This document shows, one piece after another, positions 47,194 to 57,637 of a stretch of DNA of 64,000 bases. Source of the stretch: an uncultured Candidatus Saccharibacteria bacterium (lineage in GTDB: Bacteria; Patescibacteriota; Saccharimonadia; Saccharimonadales; Saccharimonadaceae); contig CAZUDH010000002.1 of assembly GCA_964618945.1 (NCBI GenBank), positions 30,712 through 94,711 on the forward strand, given 5' to 3'. The position numbers and the translations under genes were made by a program. The notes under the pieces are model-generated. The model searched no databases, was not told where the DNA came from, and saw only the letters and a list, made by a program, of their open reading frames with translations. The stretch's first letter is position 1. Each line of letters opens with the position of its first letter.

Positions 47194-47619
47194 TTATTGC
47201 GCCTGAGCAGCTTCAGCTGAAGCTGCTGCCGTATCCTGGTCAATCTGTAGCGATTTCTGACTCAGTGCGTCAGTGGCAAACACGTCTGAACGCTGCAGCG
47301 ATTCGAGTTCTTTATCATATTTACTGGCAAATTCTTTTAGCGCAGTCTCGTCAAGCGTACCAGTGGCAGAAAATGACACAGTTGTCGTATCTTGCTGTGC
47401 TTTTTTACGGATGTCTTCATATCCCGGACGACTAAGATCGAGTTGTGCAGCGCCGCTACTGTTATAGAGAGCCATAGCAACAAATACCAGAAAAAGAGCA
47501 ATCACTATACTTATTACAACCATCGTAATAAGCTTATGGTCCTTAACTTGCTGTACCGCTTGATGGTAGTGTGGATGTGCGCCATGTGGTTCATCCTGAT
47601 GTTGAGCCGGTTCACTCAT
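47194..47619 (-). CDS. Hypothetical membrane-anchored protein
   Basis: It has a His-rich N-terminus, one TM and an extracytoplasmic tail. It has an ATGA-type overlap with the upstream gene. Confidence 0.5.
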   Translation of the reverse strand: MSEPAQHQDEPHGAHPHYHQAVQQVKDHKLITMVVISIVIALFLVFVAMALYNSSGAAQLDLSRPGYEDIRKKAQQDTTTVSFSATGTLDETALKEFASKYDKELESLQRSDVFATDALSQKSLQIDQDTAAASAEAAQAQ

Positions 47620-48161
47620 CGGGCACTTCCTTGTTTGGTGATTACTGCACGAAAGGTCGTGAATTCGTTCTTGTACTGTTGTGCCAATGTCACAAGCTTC
47701 GCACTCGCTTCGTGGACCGCGGCGCGTTTGTTACGGGCGCCTGCTAGGCTATCATAAAAGACGACTGGTTGTTTTGTGCAGTCAATCTGCAGTGTATTAC
47801 GGAGTGACAGTTCATACGTTTTGTATGCGTTAAAAAAGTTTTGGTACTGCGTATTATAGTTTGCCGTTATGAGCACCAACGTGCTGCCATCAAGCTGGTT
47901 TGATGCAATACGTTGATTAAGCGGCGCCATCAGTTTATCGGAAAGAAGCCGAAATAGCTGCCCCTGATCATGCCGCGCTAATGCATCGTTTTGGTGAATT
48001 CTATGAAGCGTTGCCTGCAAGTCACTGCAGTTTGAAATAATCAAGTTTCGCTGTTCGTCCGTCACAATATCTGCTTGATCCTCAGCATAGGCGCTTATCG
48101 AAAAAAGTACACCTACAGAGAGTGCCATGACAATTGCCAATACCAAAGGTCGATATTTCAC
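47616..48161 (-). CDS. Hypothetical secreted protein
   Basis: It has the signal peptide MKYRPLVLAIVMALSVGVLFSISAYA. Confidence 0.5.
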   Translation of the reverse strand: MKYRPLVLAIVMALSVGVLFSISAYAEDQADIVTDEQRNLIISNCSDLQATLHRIHQNDALARHDQGQLFRLLSDKLMAPLNQRIASNQLDGSTLVLITANYNTQYQNFFNAYKTYELSLRNTLQIDCTKQPVVFYDSLAGARNKRAAVHEASAKLVTLAQQYKNEFTTFRAVITKQGSAR

Positions 48162-48185
48162 TTCTTTATTATTTCAAGTTTATGC

Positions 48186-48995
48186 CTATTTGGTCAAATG
48201 GTATTTGCTATTCGTATATTCAATTAGCCCGTCGCGGAGTAATCCATCGAGTGCGATGTTGAATCGGTCGTCATATAGTATGCCGTTTTCCAGCATATCG
48301 AGCGTAGTTTCGCCATGAGACAAAGCCTTTATAATTTGCCCCCTCGTTTCGCGAATGCTTCCTGTAAGTGGTGGTTGTTTTTTATAATGTTTACTCTTGG
48401 TATTGTTACGTACGCCTTTTGCTTTTAGGTATGAACCGTAGTCCATTAATGCCCAGTAGAATTCACGAGGATGTTCATGATCAATTGTTTCATGAAGCTT
48501 TGCAACAATCTCTTTATCGGCAACTATCAAGGTATCGGCAAAAAAATGATGAATATAAACAGTACGAATGTTGGTTTCAACAAAGATACTCGGGTCGTTA
48601 AAGACATAGGTACGTAGAGCCCCGCAAGTGTTTTTACCGACACCTGGCAGCCGAAGAATATCCCGCTCTTCCCTAGGAAATGTGCCATCAAATTCATTGA
48701 CAATCATTTTGGCGGCATCATGTAAATATTTTGCCCTGCGGTTGTACCCCAAACCTTGCCATGCTCGTAACACCGCTGCAAGGTCAGACCCTGCAAGGTT
48801 TTGCTCGTCTGGAAATTTTGCAATAAAGTCATTAAATTTCGGAATCACCCGCGAAACTTGGGTTTGTTGTAGCATTAGCTCACTCACTAGCACATAGTAC
48901 GGCCTCGTATCCGCTCGCCACGGCATTGGACGAAAATGCTTGCGACCTTTCCGTCTCACAAATTCTGTAAACTCTCGATTTTTCACTCCATCCAT
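48186..48995 (-). CDS. HhH-GPD base-excision glycosylase (MutY/EndoIII-like core) without Fe-S cluster cysteines
   Basis: It shows PYYVLVSELMLQQTQVSRV and LPGVGKNTCGAL (HhH). Where CX6CX2CX5C is expected, the sequence reads ALMDYGSYLKAKGVRNNTKSKHYKKQ. Confidence 0.7.
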   Translation of the reverse strand: MDGVKNREFTEFVRRKGRKHFRPMPWRADTRPYYVLVSELMLQQTQVSRVIPKFNDFIAKFPDEQNLAGSDLAAVLRAWQGLGYNRRAKYLHDAAKMIVNEFDGTFPREERDILRLPGVGKNTCGALRTYVFNDPSIFVETNIRTVYIHHFFADTLIVADKEIVAKLHETIDHEHPREFYWALMDYGSYLKAKGVRNNTKSKHYKKQPPLTGSIRETRGQIIKALSHGETTLDMLENGILYDDRFNIALDGLLRDGLIEYTNSKYHLTK

Positions 48996-49007
48996 TATAC
49001 TAAGTGT

Positions 49008-49628
49008 ATGGAAAAAGCGCTTATTCGCCTTGCAAAAAACGATTTAGTGCTGGATGTACTTATACAGAAATATCCCGCTCCGGATTTTACAAAACATACA
49101 AATTACTACCAAGAACTTGTTGAAAGTATCATTTCCCAACAGCTTAGTATAAAAGCAGCTGCTAAAATATTGGGACGGTTTCGTACACTATTTGGTACAA
49201 GCTTCCCTACTCCGGATGAAATACTGGAAATATCGGCTGAAGAACTACGCGCTGTTGGACTCAGCCGACAAAAAGCTTCATACATTCAGGATCTAGCCAC
49301 AAAGATTTTAGATGGAGTAATTGTATTTGATAGCTTAGACCAACTATCAAACCAGGAAATTATTGCTGAACTAACAAAAGTGAAAGGCGTCGGTGAATGG
49401 ACGGTACATATGTTTTTGATGTTTTGTATGGCGCGTCCAGATATTCTAGCATATGGAGATTTGGGAATACGTAATGGCGTGACGAAACTGTATAACCTGA
49501 AGACCCTTGCAACACCTGAAGACGTAAAACATATTGCGCGTACAAACAATTGGCATCCGTATGAATCAACAACCTGCTGGTATATATGGCAAAGCTTAGA
49601 TAATGCAGCAAGCATGCAGGCATCTTGA
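49008..49628 (+). CDS. DNA-3-methyladenine glycosylase II (AlkA-like, HhH-GPD)
   Basis: It shows ESIISQQLSIKAA, GLSRQKASYI and VKGVGEWTVHMFLMF...PD.LAYGDLG.R. The ATG at 49008 is used. Confidence 0.75.
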   Translation: MEKALIRLAKNDLVLDVLIQKYPAPDFTKHTNYYQELVESIISQQLSIKAAAKILGRFRTLFGTSFPTPDEILEISAEELRAVGLSRQKASYIQDLATKILDGVIVFDSLDQLSNQEIIAELTKVKGVGEWTVHMFLMFCMARPDILAYGDLGIRNGVTKLYNLKTLATPEDVKHIARTNNWHPYESTTCWYIWQSLDNAASMQAS

Positions 49629-49654
49629 AATTTAAGATATATTTGAATTGTGAG

Positions 49655-50290
49655 TTATAAGGTTTTACGCACCGCTTCTGCGATTGCTGCACCCAACTTC
49701 ATAGATTCAGCTTCACTCAAATGAATACCGTCCTGTCCGTGTGAAACGGCTACAGCGCGCATATCTATAAATGTGTGATCATGCTTAAGGCCATACAATT
49801 TTAGAGCATCTACCGTTGATGGAATCTTTTCTGCGCTACCTGAAAAAATATCTTTAAATGCGTTAAGACTTGACTCTTCAATATTAGTCGGCGAAACAAT
49901 TATTATTTTTGGCATACTATAGCCCATAAATGTACACCAAGCATTCATTTTTTTCTTATATTCATCGAGGGCAGATGTAATGGATTCTGCTGTGTGACGC
50001 GTTTTACTATTTAAATCATTCGTTCCTAGGCAAAATACAATTACCGTAATGGGCAAATGGCTCGCAAAAATAGGACCAAACTGTTCAAGACCGTCGCGCT
50101 CTGGAAACCATCCATTTTCGCCGAACATTGTTCTGCCTCGTAATCCCTCGCTAACAACCTCGATGTCCTCTCCAAGCAGTTCACGAGCTACCGTATCGAC
50201 TCTGTATTTTCTCACATGTCGCTTACCAGTACATGCATTGACGCCCCAAATTAGAGAATCTCCGTACAGTAAAACTGTTTTTTCACTCAT
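49655..50290 (-). CDS. SGNH/GDSL hydrolase
   Basis: It shows block I LLYGDSLIWG, block III GTND and a C-terminal DGIHL (the D-x-x-H block). Confidence 0.75.
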   Translation of the reverse strand: MSEKTVLLYGDSLIWGVNACTGKRHVRKYRVDTVARELLGEDIEVVSEGLRGRTMFGENGWFPERDGLEQFGPIFASHLPITVIVFCLGTNDLNSKTRHTAESITSALDEYKKKMNAWCTFMGYSMPKIIIVSPTNIEESSLNAFKDIFSGSAEKIPSTVDALKLYGLKHDHTFIDMRAVAVSHGQDGIHLSEAESMKLGAAIAEAVRKTL

Positions 50291-50352
50291 AAGGCAATAC
50301 TAACATATTGGTCTTCGTCTCGCACAATTGCAAGAGGCAAGGACCACTCAAT

Positions 50353-50907
50353 TCAACTTCTTGAGGATTTAGATCTCAATAAATATGGTACGTATATCGT
50401 TAGGCTGAAGGCTATGGCGAGCATATGAGTTGGTAAATAAATCTTACGCTTCGTTGCTCCGGTTGTTATGGCATTTTTTGGAAACACCGTTGTGTCGAAT
50501 GGAGAAAAAAGTGAGAGGATGTTCTTTGCATCCGGATAATTATTTGGGATGTTTTTCGTGGCAGTATGAAGTGCTGGTGCGCGAGTATCATAGAGCGTGC
50601 TGATGTGTGCCGTATTTTTCGCCACACCGCAGAGTGTAATGCATTTATTGACATTCTTCTTGTCATTAAACGCACGCAGCGCCAAGGTGGCTCCGGCACT
50701 TTCGCCGATAATAGTCACTTGCTCGTGCCGCTCAACTTCGTTTAGTAGTCGCTGGTATTTTTCTTCGTAACTTTCAGTTGATTTCCAATTCATTGGCACA
50801 AGCTCAGCTGTTATTCCCCATAACGTCCAATACCTGAGTAGTCGCCGCCGCATGGCGTCGAACGAATCGCCGAGACCTGGGACATATATCACATGTATTC
50901 TTGCCAT
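50353..50907 (-). CDS. Alpha/beta hydrolase-fold protein
   Basis: It has a nucleophile elbow GESAGA in a 184-aa alpha/beta-like pattern. Confidence 0.55.
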   Translation of the reverse strand: MARIHVIYVPGLGDSFDAMRRRLLRYWTLWGITAELVPMNWKSTESYEEKYQRLLNEVERHEQVTIIGESAGATLALRAFNDKKNVNKCITLCGVAKNTAHISTLYDTRAPALHTATKNIPNNYPDAKNILSLFSPFDTTVFPKNAITTGATKRKIYLPTHMLAIAFSLTIYVPYLLRSKSSRS

Positions 50908-50927
50908 ACTACTAGTATACTGTAGCT

Positions 50928-51383
50928 ATGGATTCAAAAATCACCGTAACACGAGTTATTGGCAAAATGATGCTACAAGATGTTTTGCGTATACTTACTA
51001 TTATCACGGCCGTGATACTAGGTGGGCTACTTATATTTGCTTGGTGGTTGACGACAAATGTCAGTGCGTGGTGGGGCGCATTACTTGCATTTGTAGTGAT
51101 ATGTATCATTTTGGCGGGTATCATTCGTCAACTAGTTCTATGGGGCTTAAAGCAACTCTACCCCACTCCACTTACTGCCGAGCAGCACGACTATACGAAA
51201 GAATTCGTTGGCAAGCTACGTTCTATCGCCGAAACACGAAGTATGGGCTGGCCGCTGTTTATAGTTCAGAACATTAAGGATATTATCATGAGACGCGACC
51301 TGACAAATCTTAAAAAATTAATAGGTGACACAAAGAGCCTTCGGCAAGACTTTAAAGATCTAGAGGATTTGTTTAAGGTCTAG
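50928..51383 (+). CDS. Hypothetical membrane protein
   Basis: It has two TMs and a charged C-terminal tail. Confidence 0.5.
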   Translation: MDSKITVTRVIGKMMLQDVLRILTIITAVILGGLLIFAWWLTTNVSAWWGALLAFVVICIILAGIIRQLVLWGLKQLYPTPLTAEQHDYTKEFVGKLRSIAETRSMGWPLFIVQNIKDIIMRRDLTNLKKLIGDTKSLRQDFKDLEDLFKV

Positions 51384-52687
51384 GGCGCGAGGCGGTTAAT
51401 ATCGCGTGGGAAGAGTACGGCTTCTTTGATGTTTGAAAGGCCGATGGTTTTTTGGACCAAGCGATCGACACCAAAGCCACAGCCACCGTGCATTGGCAGG
51501 CCGTATTTAAAGGCCATCAAATAATATTTAAATCCATCGTCTTCAGGATTGAGGCCGGCATCTTTGAGTTGCTGGATCATTTTTTCATAGTTATTTTCGC
51601 GCAAGGGGACAGTCGAGATTTCGAGGCCGCGGAACAGTAGGTCTGCCCATGCAACGGTACCGTCATCTTTAAATTTATGGTAGAACTTTCCAGCTTCGCG
51701 CGGAAAATCGGTAGCATACACTAAGTCGCTACCCAGCTGCTTGCGCGCATAATCTGCAATCCACCGTTCTTCGTCTGGCGTGAGATCTTTTTCGGCAGTC
51801 GTGTCGGTTTTGGTGGCCTTGGTGTACATTTCGTGAATTTGGGCAATCGTAAAGGCCGGTACTTCGTCAGTCAACTTCAATTCTGGCGCATTGAGACTTT
51901 TTAGATCATCGGCGTGCTTTTCATAGATTTTCGTCAGTGCGTATTTCGTCATGTTTGCGACCATATCCATAACTTCCTGGTGACCCGACACAAAGCCCAT
52001 TTCTAGGTCGAGCATAGTGAGCTCTGTGAGATGTCTTGTAGTAGCACTTGGTTCGGCGCGGTAGCTATGTCCAATTTCGAACACTCTTTCAAACACGCCG
52101 ACCATAATTTGCTTGTAAAATTGCGGACTCTGAGCAAGCGTTGCGGTTTTACCAAAATAATCGAGCTTGAATACTTCTGCACCGCCTTCGGTTGCACCAG
52201 CCAGAAGCTTGGGCGTATCCATTTCAACGAATTCGCGCTCGATGAGGAATTCGCGCAAGGCTTGGGTGAGGCTAGCACGAATTTTAAAGATTTTTTGCTC
52301 CTGTAGATTACGTAGGTTAAGAACGCGGTATTCAAATAATGTATCAAGGTTTTCAGATTTGTGACTGATCGGTTTGTCGATTTCAATTGGCGGCTCGTCG
52401 ACAACCGGGCTCAAGACTTCAACTGAAACTTCATGAAGTTCAGCACCGCCCGGTGCGCGCTCATCAGCAACAACCGTGCCGGTTAGCGCTAGCACTGTGC
52501 CGATTTGCATGCCGCGGAGTTTTTCAAGTTCGTCTTTGTTATCAATCAGCGTCTGTACAATACCGCTGCGGTCACGTAGTGTAACGAAATTTAATCCGCC
52601 TAACAGACGTTTTTTGTGAAGCCAGCCTTCAACTTTTATTTGTTTTCCGACGTTTGTCGCTACATTTCGAGTAAGTGTTCGTTCCAT
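51380..52687 (-). CDS. aspS: Class IIb aspartyl-tRNA synthetase, archaeal/short type (AspRS/AsnRS family)
   Basis: It has an OB fold (VEGWLHKKR..GGLNFVTLRDRSGIVQ), LAQSPQFYKQ, motif 2 FRAE and motif 3 GGCGFGVDRL. At 435 aa it has no bacterial insertion domain. Confidence 0.85.
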   Translation of the reverse strand: MERTLTRNVATNVGKQIKVEGWLHKKRLLGGLNFVTLRDRSGIVQTLIDNKDELEKLRGMQIGTVLALTGTVVADERAPGGAELHEVSVEVLSPVVDEPPIEIDKPISHKSENLDTLFEYRVLNLRNLQEQKIFKIRASLTQALREFLIEREFVEMDTPKLLAGATEGGAEVFKLDYFGKTATLAQSPQFYKQIMVGVFERVFEIGHSYRAEPSATTRHLTELTMLDLEMGFVSGHQEVMDMVANMTKYALTKIYEKHADDLKSLNAPELKLTDEVPAFTIAQIHEMYTKATKTDTTAEKDLTPDEERWIADYARKQLGSDLVYATDFPREAGKFYHKFKDDGTVAWADLLFRGLEISTVPLRENNYEKMIQQLKDAGLNPEDDGFKYYLMAFKYGLPMHGGCGFGVDRLVQKTIGLSNIKEAVLFPRDINRLAP

Positions 52688-52779
52688 ATCTACTGTATTA
52701 TACCGTATTCGCCCCCGTTTTTCTTGATGAGAACCAAAAAAACTGGCATACTGTTTATGTATAGTAACGAAATATCAAC

Positions 52780-54471
52780 ATGCATAATCAAGAAATATTT
52801 ACCGAACTTAGTCTCGTCCTCGTAATTGTAGCCCTAGTCGCAGGTATTATGCGCCTGTTCCGTCAGCCATTAATCTTGGGATATATACTTACAGGTGTAA
52901 TTGTAGGGCCAGTCATGCATGTTATTCACTCCCAAGAGGCGTTTGATGGATTTAGTCAAATTGGCATTGCCCTGCTGCTGTTTATCATTGGGCTTGGCAT
53001 GAATATTGGCACCGTTAAAAGCCTGGGAAAAGTGAGTTTATTAACAGCATTCGCGACGCTTATCGGGGTGGGCGGTATCGGTGCGATAACCATGGCGTTA
53101 CTTGGCTTTAACACGGCAACTGCAATTATCATTGGCCTGTCGTTATTCTTTAGTAGTACAATCATCATTCTCAAGGTTTTGACAGACAAAAAGGAAATCA
53201 GCCGACTCCATAGTCAAATTGCTATTGGTGTTTTACTAGTTGAAGATGTTGTTGCGACGCTTGCTATCGTGGCTGTCGCAGCGATTGGTCGCGGAAACGG
53301 TATTGATGCCGCTGATGCTACGCTGCTTGGTCTCAAGGCGGCTGGGCTGGGCGTACTCTTGTACGGTATGGGAGCGTACGTTATTCCAAAACTATCGCGT
53401 CGCTTTGCGCAAAATCAAGAACTATTGTTTTTGTTCGCGGTAGCATGGGGATTTGGTATTGCCTCGCTATTTGAAAAAGCCGGATTCAGCCATGAAGTTG
53501 GTGCGCTGTTCGCAGGTATAAGCTTAGCGAGCTTACCGTACGCAGCCGAAATGGGTTCTCGGCTGAAGCCACTCAGAGACTTCTTCGTCGTTCTTTTTTT
53601 CGTCAGTTTAGGCGAATCATTTACATTTGATTCGATAAACGACGTTCTACTTCCTTCTCTGGTTCTCGCAACAATTGTAATGATTGTCAAACCGCTTTCA
53701 GTTATGGCTGCGCTTGGCATGCAGGGTTACACCAAACTCACTGGTTTCAAAGCAGCAATTCATCTTTCTCAGATTAGCGAGTTTTCGATTATTCTCGTTG
53801 TATTTGCGACAAGCGTCGGCGTGGTCGATGCAAAAGCTGGCGCTATCATTACGCTTGTTGCACTTGTAACAATTGGACTCTCGTCATATTTGATGCACTT
53901 TGATGAAGTTTTGTATCGAAGATTGCAAAAAAAGCTGACACTATTTGAGCGACATGAACTTCGTGAACGCGGGCGAAGGGAGCAGCCATTTACCAGCATC
54001 CTATTCGGATACCACCACGGAGGGCACGAATTTTTGCAGATGTTCCGCGATATGCGCCAACGCTATTTGGTGGTTGACTACAACCCAGAAATTGTTGAAC
54101 ATCTTGAAAACCAAGGCATTCGACATGCTTACGGCGATGCTACTGATATCGAATTTTTGGATGAAATTAATGCTGGTCGTGCAAAATTCGTTGCTAGCAC
54201 TATCATTGATCGCAACGTAAACCATATTATTTTGACCCACCTGCATCGCTTTAATCCAGATATTGTCTACATTTGTCACGCACGAACCTACGAAGACGCA
54301 TTGGCTCTATACGAGCAAGGTGCGACGTATGTGATCCTGCCACGGTTCCTCGGAAGCGAATATATTACTACCCACATAAAGCGTTATGGCATGGACAAAG
54401 AAGCCTTTAGCCATTTTCGAGCAAAACATATCGTTAGTATTGGTAAGCACGCCGTCGAAACAGCGAGCTAA
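52780..54471 (+). CDS. CPA2-family cation:proton antiporter with C-terminal TrkA-N (RCK) domain
   Basis: It has about 12 TMs (Na_H_exchanger-like). It continues with ILFGYHHGGHEF...VVDYNPE, a Rossmann-type RCK domain. Confidence 0.85.
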   Translation: MHNQEIFTELSLVLVIVALVAGIMRLFRQPLILGYILTGVIVGPVMHVIHSQEAFDGFSQIGIALLLFIIGLGMNIGTVKSLGKVSLLTAFATLIGVGGIGAITMALLGFNTATAIIIGLSLFFSSTIIILKVLTDKKEISRLHSQIAIGVLLVEDVVATLAIVAVAAIGRGNGIDAADATLLGLKAAGLGVLLYGMGAYVIPKLSRRFAQNQELLFLFAVAWGFGIASLFEKAGFSHEVGALFAGISLASLPYAAEMGSRLKPLRDFFVVLFFVSLGESFTFDSINDVLLPSLVLATIVMIVKPLSVMAALGMQGYTKLTGFKAAIHLSQISEFSIILVVFATSVGVVDAKAGAIITLVALVTIGLSSYLMHFDEVLYRRLQKKLTLFERHELRERGRREQPFTSILFGYHHGGHEFLQMFRDMRQRYLVVDYNPEIVEHLENQGIRHAYGDATDIEFLDEINAGRAKFVASTIIDRNVNHIILTHLHRFNPDIVYICHARTYEDALALYEQGATYVILPRFLGSEYITTHIKRYGMDKEAFSHFRAKHIVSIGKHAVETAS

Positions 54472-55799
54472 AGTTTAAAGATAAATGACACCAGCAAAAC
54501 CAGTGTGGTAATTAGCATGGTTCCGAACGCCACCCATACCAACCCGGTTGTAGGACGACTCATTTTATACTCGCCCATTACTGTTTCGTCACGGGCAACT
54601 CGGGCAATCATAGCAAGAAGCGGCACAGCTGCAATCCCATTAAACACTGCAGCAAAAACCAGCGCTTGGATTGGATTAATACCTAAGAAATTGATTCCAA
54701 GCCCGATGATTGTCGCCACAATGATGATACCGTAGAACCCGGCTGCCTGCCTGAACCGTCGGTATAGGCCTTCGCGCCACCCAAAGCTCTCGGTAATTGC
54801 ATAGGACGAACTGCCCGCAAGAACTGGTACGGCCAGCAAGCCAAGGCCGATTACGCCCACTGAAAATATAATTTTGGCAACGAGACCGGCATTTGGAAAG
54901 CCCTGCACAAGTGGCTCGAGTGCTTTTGCGGCGTCTGCTGCACTGTTAATCTCGGTAATACCGTGACTAAACAGCACTGTGCCACAAGTAAGCATAATGA
55001 ACCATGCGGTTAACGATGCTAAGCTCATGCCTGAAAGATTATCTATCCAGATAGAACGAAGAAAATGCTTGGTAATTTTTGGCGGATGTTTTGCTAGTAT
55101 CCCGACACGTTTGTGAGCTATTTCATCCTCAATCACTTCTGATGTATCCCAAAAAAAGAGGTACGGAGAAATTGTTGTTCCAAGCAGACCAACAATAAGT
55201 GCAATTGTCCCTGTTGACCAGTCAATATGAGGAATTACCGTATGAGAGAGCACCTCGCCCCACGGCTGTCCAACGACAAATGCCGTAACAGGATAGGCAA
55301 AGAGAAGTAATGCGAGCCATTTTAAAATTCGTGCATACTGTCGATATGGAATGCTAATAACAAGTAGCAATATGATTGCTGTAAATACTATGGCAGCAAG
55401 CTGAAATGAAATTGGTACAATCAGTTGCAACGCAGCTGCCATTGCCCCAAGATCAGCACCAATATTAATAATGTTCGCGGTAACAGCAAGACCGACTGTC
55501 ACAAACAGCAGCGGCTTACCATAATTGTCTTTAATGATAGCAGCAAGTCCACGTCCAGTTACTGCGCCAACTCGTGAACAGGTTGCTTGCACAGCCACTA
55601 GCATCGGGAACATGACTGGTATCATCCACAGCAACCCGTATCCTGTAGTCGCACCAGCCTGCGAGTAGGTTGCAATCCCTGATGGATCATCGTCTGCAGC
55701 ACCAGTTATAACGCCAGGGCCTAGAATCCGTAAGAACCTACTAAAACGCTTCCTGAGCGTAATGTGTTGCTTCAGGTGCTTTTTATGATGATACGACAT
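54468..55799 (-). CDS. NRAMP-family divalent metal transporter
   Basis: It shows GPGVITGAADDDPSGIATYSQAGA in an 11-TM architecture. Confidence 0.8.
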   Translation of the reverse strand: MSYHHKKHLKQHITLRKRFSRFLRILGPGVITGAADDDPSGIATYSQAGATTGYGLLWMIPVMFPMLVAVQATCSRVGAVTGRGLAAIIKDNYGKPLLFVTVGLAVTANIINIGADLGAMAAALQLIVPISFQLAAIVFTAIILLLVISIPYRQYARILKWLALLLFAYPVTAFVVGQPWGEVLSHTVIPHIDWSTGTIALIVGLLGTTISPYLFFWDTSEVIEDEIAHKRVGILAKHPPKITKHFLRSIWIDNLSGMSLASLTAWFIMLTCGTVLFSHGITEINSAADAAKALEPLVQGFPNAGLVAKIIFSVGVIGLGLLAVPVLAGSSSYAITESFGWREGLYRRFRQAAGFYGIIIVATIIGLGINFLGINPIQALVFAAVFNGIAAVPLLAMIARVARDETVMGEYKMSRPTTGLVWVAFGTMLITTLVLLVSFIFKL

Positions 55800-56818
55800 C
55801 AGACATCCTCGCTCTTTAACGCGTGGTTATTCTTTCGTGGATTCTGCTCGGCAACTGCGCGAAGGTCGTCATGTGCATCAAATTCGTCAACAATTTTCTT
55901 ACCTATGAGCTTTTCTATAACGTCCTCTAGACTGACGATACCGACTGTCTCGCGGTATTCATTCACAACGATAAAGAGGTGGTGACGAGTACGTAAAAAA
56001 GCTGCAAGTGCTTGGTCGAGCGTTTGATTTTCGTGAATGTAATACACTTTTTGCTCCATAGCCGTTTCGACCTTTGATGTGTGCTTTTTCGTCCCGTCAA
56101 CGACAATAACATCCCTAAGATGCAGGACTCCGACAACATGATCGATATCTCCATCAAGTACCGGAAAGCGACTATGGCCTGTTTTATGAAGCTGATCAAG
56201 TACTAACGGATTGAGCAGTTCTGTTCGGCCAATAGTGTCAACGACGCTTCGCGGCGTCATAACTTCGCGGATTGTTTTTTCACCAAACGTGAGCGCATGA
56301 GCAATAAGAGCTTTTTCATCGTGATGTAACACTACGCCAGATTGCGCTACCAAATGCAGTAACTCATCGCGCGAGCCCAGCTTAGCGTCATGCACAGGAG
56401 TTGTGATAGTTCGAACAACTTTTGTGATGATAGGGTAGTTTTCGATAAATTTCACAAGCGATGGTTCAAATTTATCGTAGTGCCTTTGGGCGAATGAGTG
56501 AACGAAAGACAACCGCGCGAGCAGGCCGTACTGCAGGGCTATGATAAGTGCAATAGCAACACCCACTACCCATCCCCACGCTGCTACAGATAGTGCTGCT
56601 ACTATTACCAATATCAACGAAATAGCCACGCGCTGCAAGGAGAGCAAGTCAGCAAGATGCTCCTTGCGACGAGCAAGCGCTATAGCAGCCTGATCTCCCT
56701 TGCGTTTGCGGCGTTCAATCTCAAAAAAACTCACGTCTGAGGCATCTATAACACAACTTGCCAGCAGCACTAGCGTAAGAACAGCAATAGCAACCATTAC
56801 CGGTATCATACTGTTCAT
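55799..56818 (-). CDS. CNNM/DUF21 transmembrane domain plus CBS-pair protein (TlyC/CorC-like)
   Basis: N-terminal TMs are followed by GEKTIREVMTPRSVV and two CBS motifs. Confidence 0.8.
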   Translation of the reverse strand: MNSMIPVMVAIAVLTLVLLASCVIDASDVSFFEIERRKRKGDQAAIALARRKEHLADLLSLQRVAISLILVIVAALSVAAWGWVVGVAIALIIALQYGLLARLSFVHSFAQRHYDKFEPSLVKFIENYPIITKVVRTITTPVHDAKLGSRDELLHLVAQSGVVLHHDEKALIAHALTFGEKTIREVMTPRSVVDTIGRTELLNPLVLDQLHKTGHSRFPVLDGDIDHVVGVLHLRDVIVVDGTKKHTSKVETAMEQKVYYIHENQTLDQALAAFLRTRHHLFIVVNEYRETVGIVSLEDVIEKLIGKKIVDEFDAHDDLRAVAEQNPRKNNHALKSEDV

Positions 56819-56864
56819 TCTACGCTATTTTCGCTACACTAGGTAGAGAAAAGGAGATTTTGTT

Positions 56865-57548
56865 GTGACAAGGAATTCATGGATCGTATTTGTGTCTGTT
56901 TGCGTACTAGTGTTTGCTGGACTGTTCGTTTACTCGAAAAAAGATGCTGTAGATGTATCAAATATTGACGCGCTAAAAATCAATACAGGTAGCCCCCAAT
57001 CAGGGAACCTCAAAGACAATGTATTCGGCAATACGAATGCAAAGGTGACGCTTATTGAGTACGGTGACTATCAATGTCCTGCCTGCCACGATATGCACGC
57101 GGTAGTAAAAACTTTGACAGAGGATAACAAAGATTCACTACAGTTTGCATTCAGAAACTTTCCTTTAAGTGACAAACACCCGAATGCTCGCGCCGCTGCC
57201 GCCTCAGCTGAGACAGCCGGAATTTTTGGCAAGTTCTGGGAGATGCACAATGGCCTATACGCACGCTACAATGACTGGGTCAACATAACTGGCGAAGATC
57301 GAACACGTGCATTTACGTCGATTGCCAAAGATGCCGGCCTTAACCCTGACGAGTTTATTAAAGTACTCGAGGATCGATCAGATGATATCAACAAAAAAAT
57401 AAATTTTGATAAGGCGCTCGGTTTGAAAATTGGCGTTGATGCCACGCCAACCTTCTACTTAAACGGTCGCAAACTGGGAGGGGACGATCTAAAGAGTATC
57501 GATAGTTTCAAGAAAGCCGTTACTGACGAGATAGCCAAAAACAAGTAG
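56865..57548 (+). CDS. DsbA-family thiol:disulfide oxidoreductase
   Basis: An AGGAG RBS precedes a GTG start. It has a TM anchor and the active site YGDYQCPACH. Confidence 0.8.
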   Translation: MTRNSWIVFVSVCVLVFAGLFVYSKKDAVDVSNIDALKINTGSPQSGNLKDNVFGNTNAKVTLIEYGDYQCPACHDMHAVVKTLTEDNKDSLQFAFRNFPLSDKHPNARAAAASAETAGIFGKFWEMHNGLYARYNDWVNITGEDRTRAFTSIAKDAGLNPDEFIKVLEDRSDDINKKINFDKALGLKIGVDATPTFYLNGRKLGGDDLKSIDSFKKAVTDEIAKNK

Positions 57549-57561
57549 TCACGACAGAACC

Positions 57562-57593
57562 AAAAAATCACCCCGGTGCCTTGGGGTGATTTT
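57562..57593. terminator. Bidirectional rho-independent terminator
   Basis: An 8-bp stem (atcacccc/ggggtgat) is flanked by A6 on the left and T3 on the right. It serves dsbA on the plus strand and the small ORF on the minus strand. Confidence 0.7.
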
Positions 57594-57637
57594 GAATTTG
57601 TACCTCGGGGGAGGTAAGAGTGTTGAACTGTATGTTC

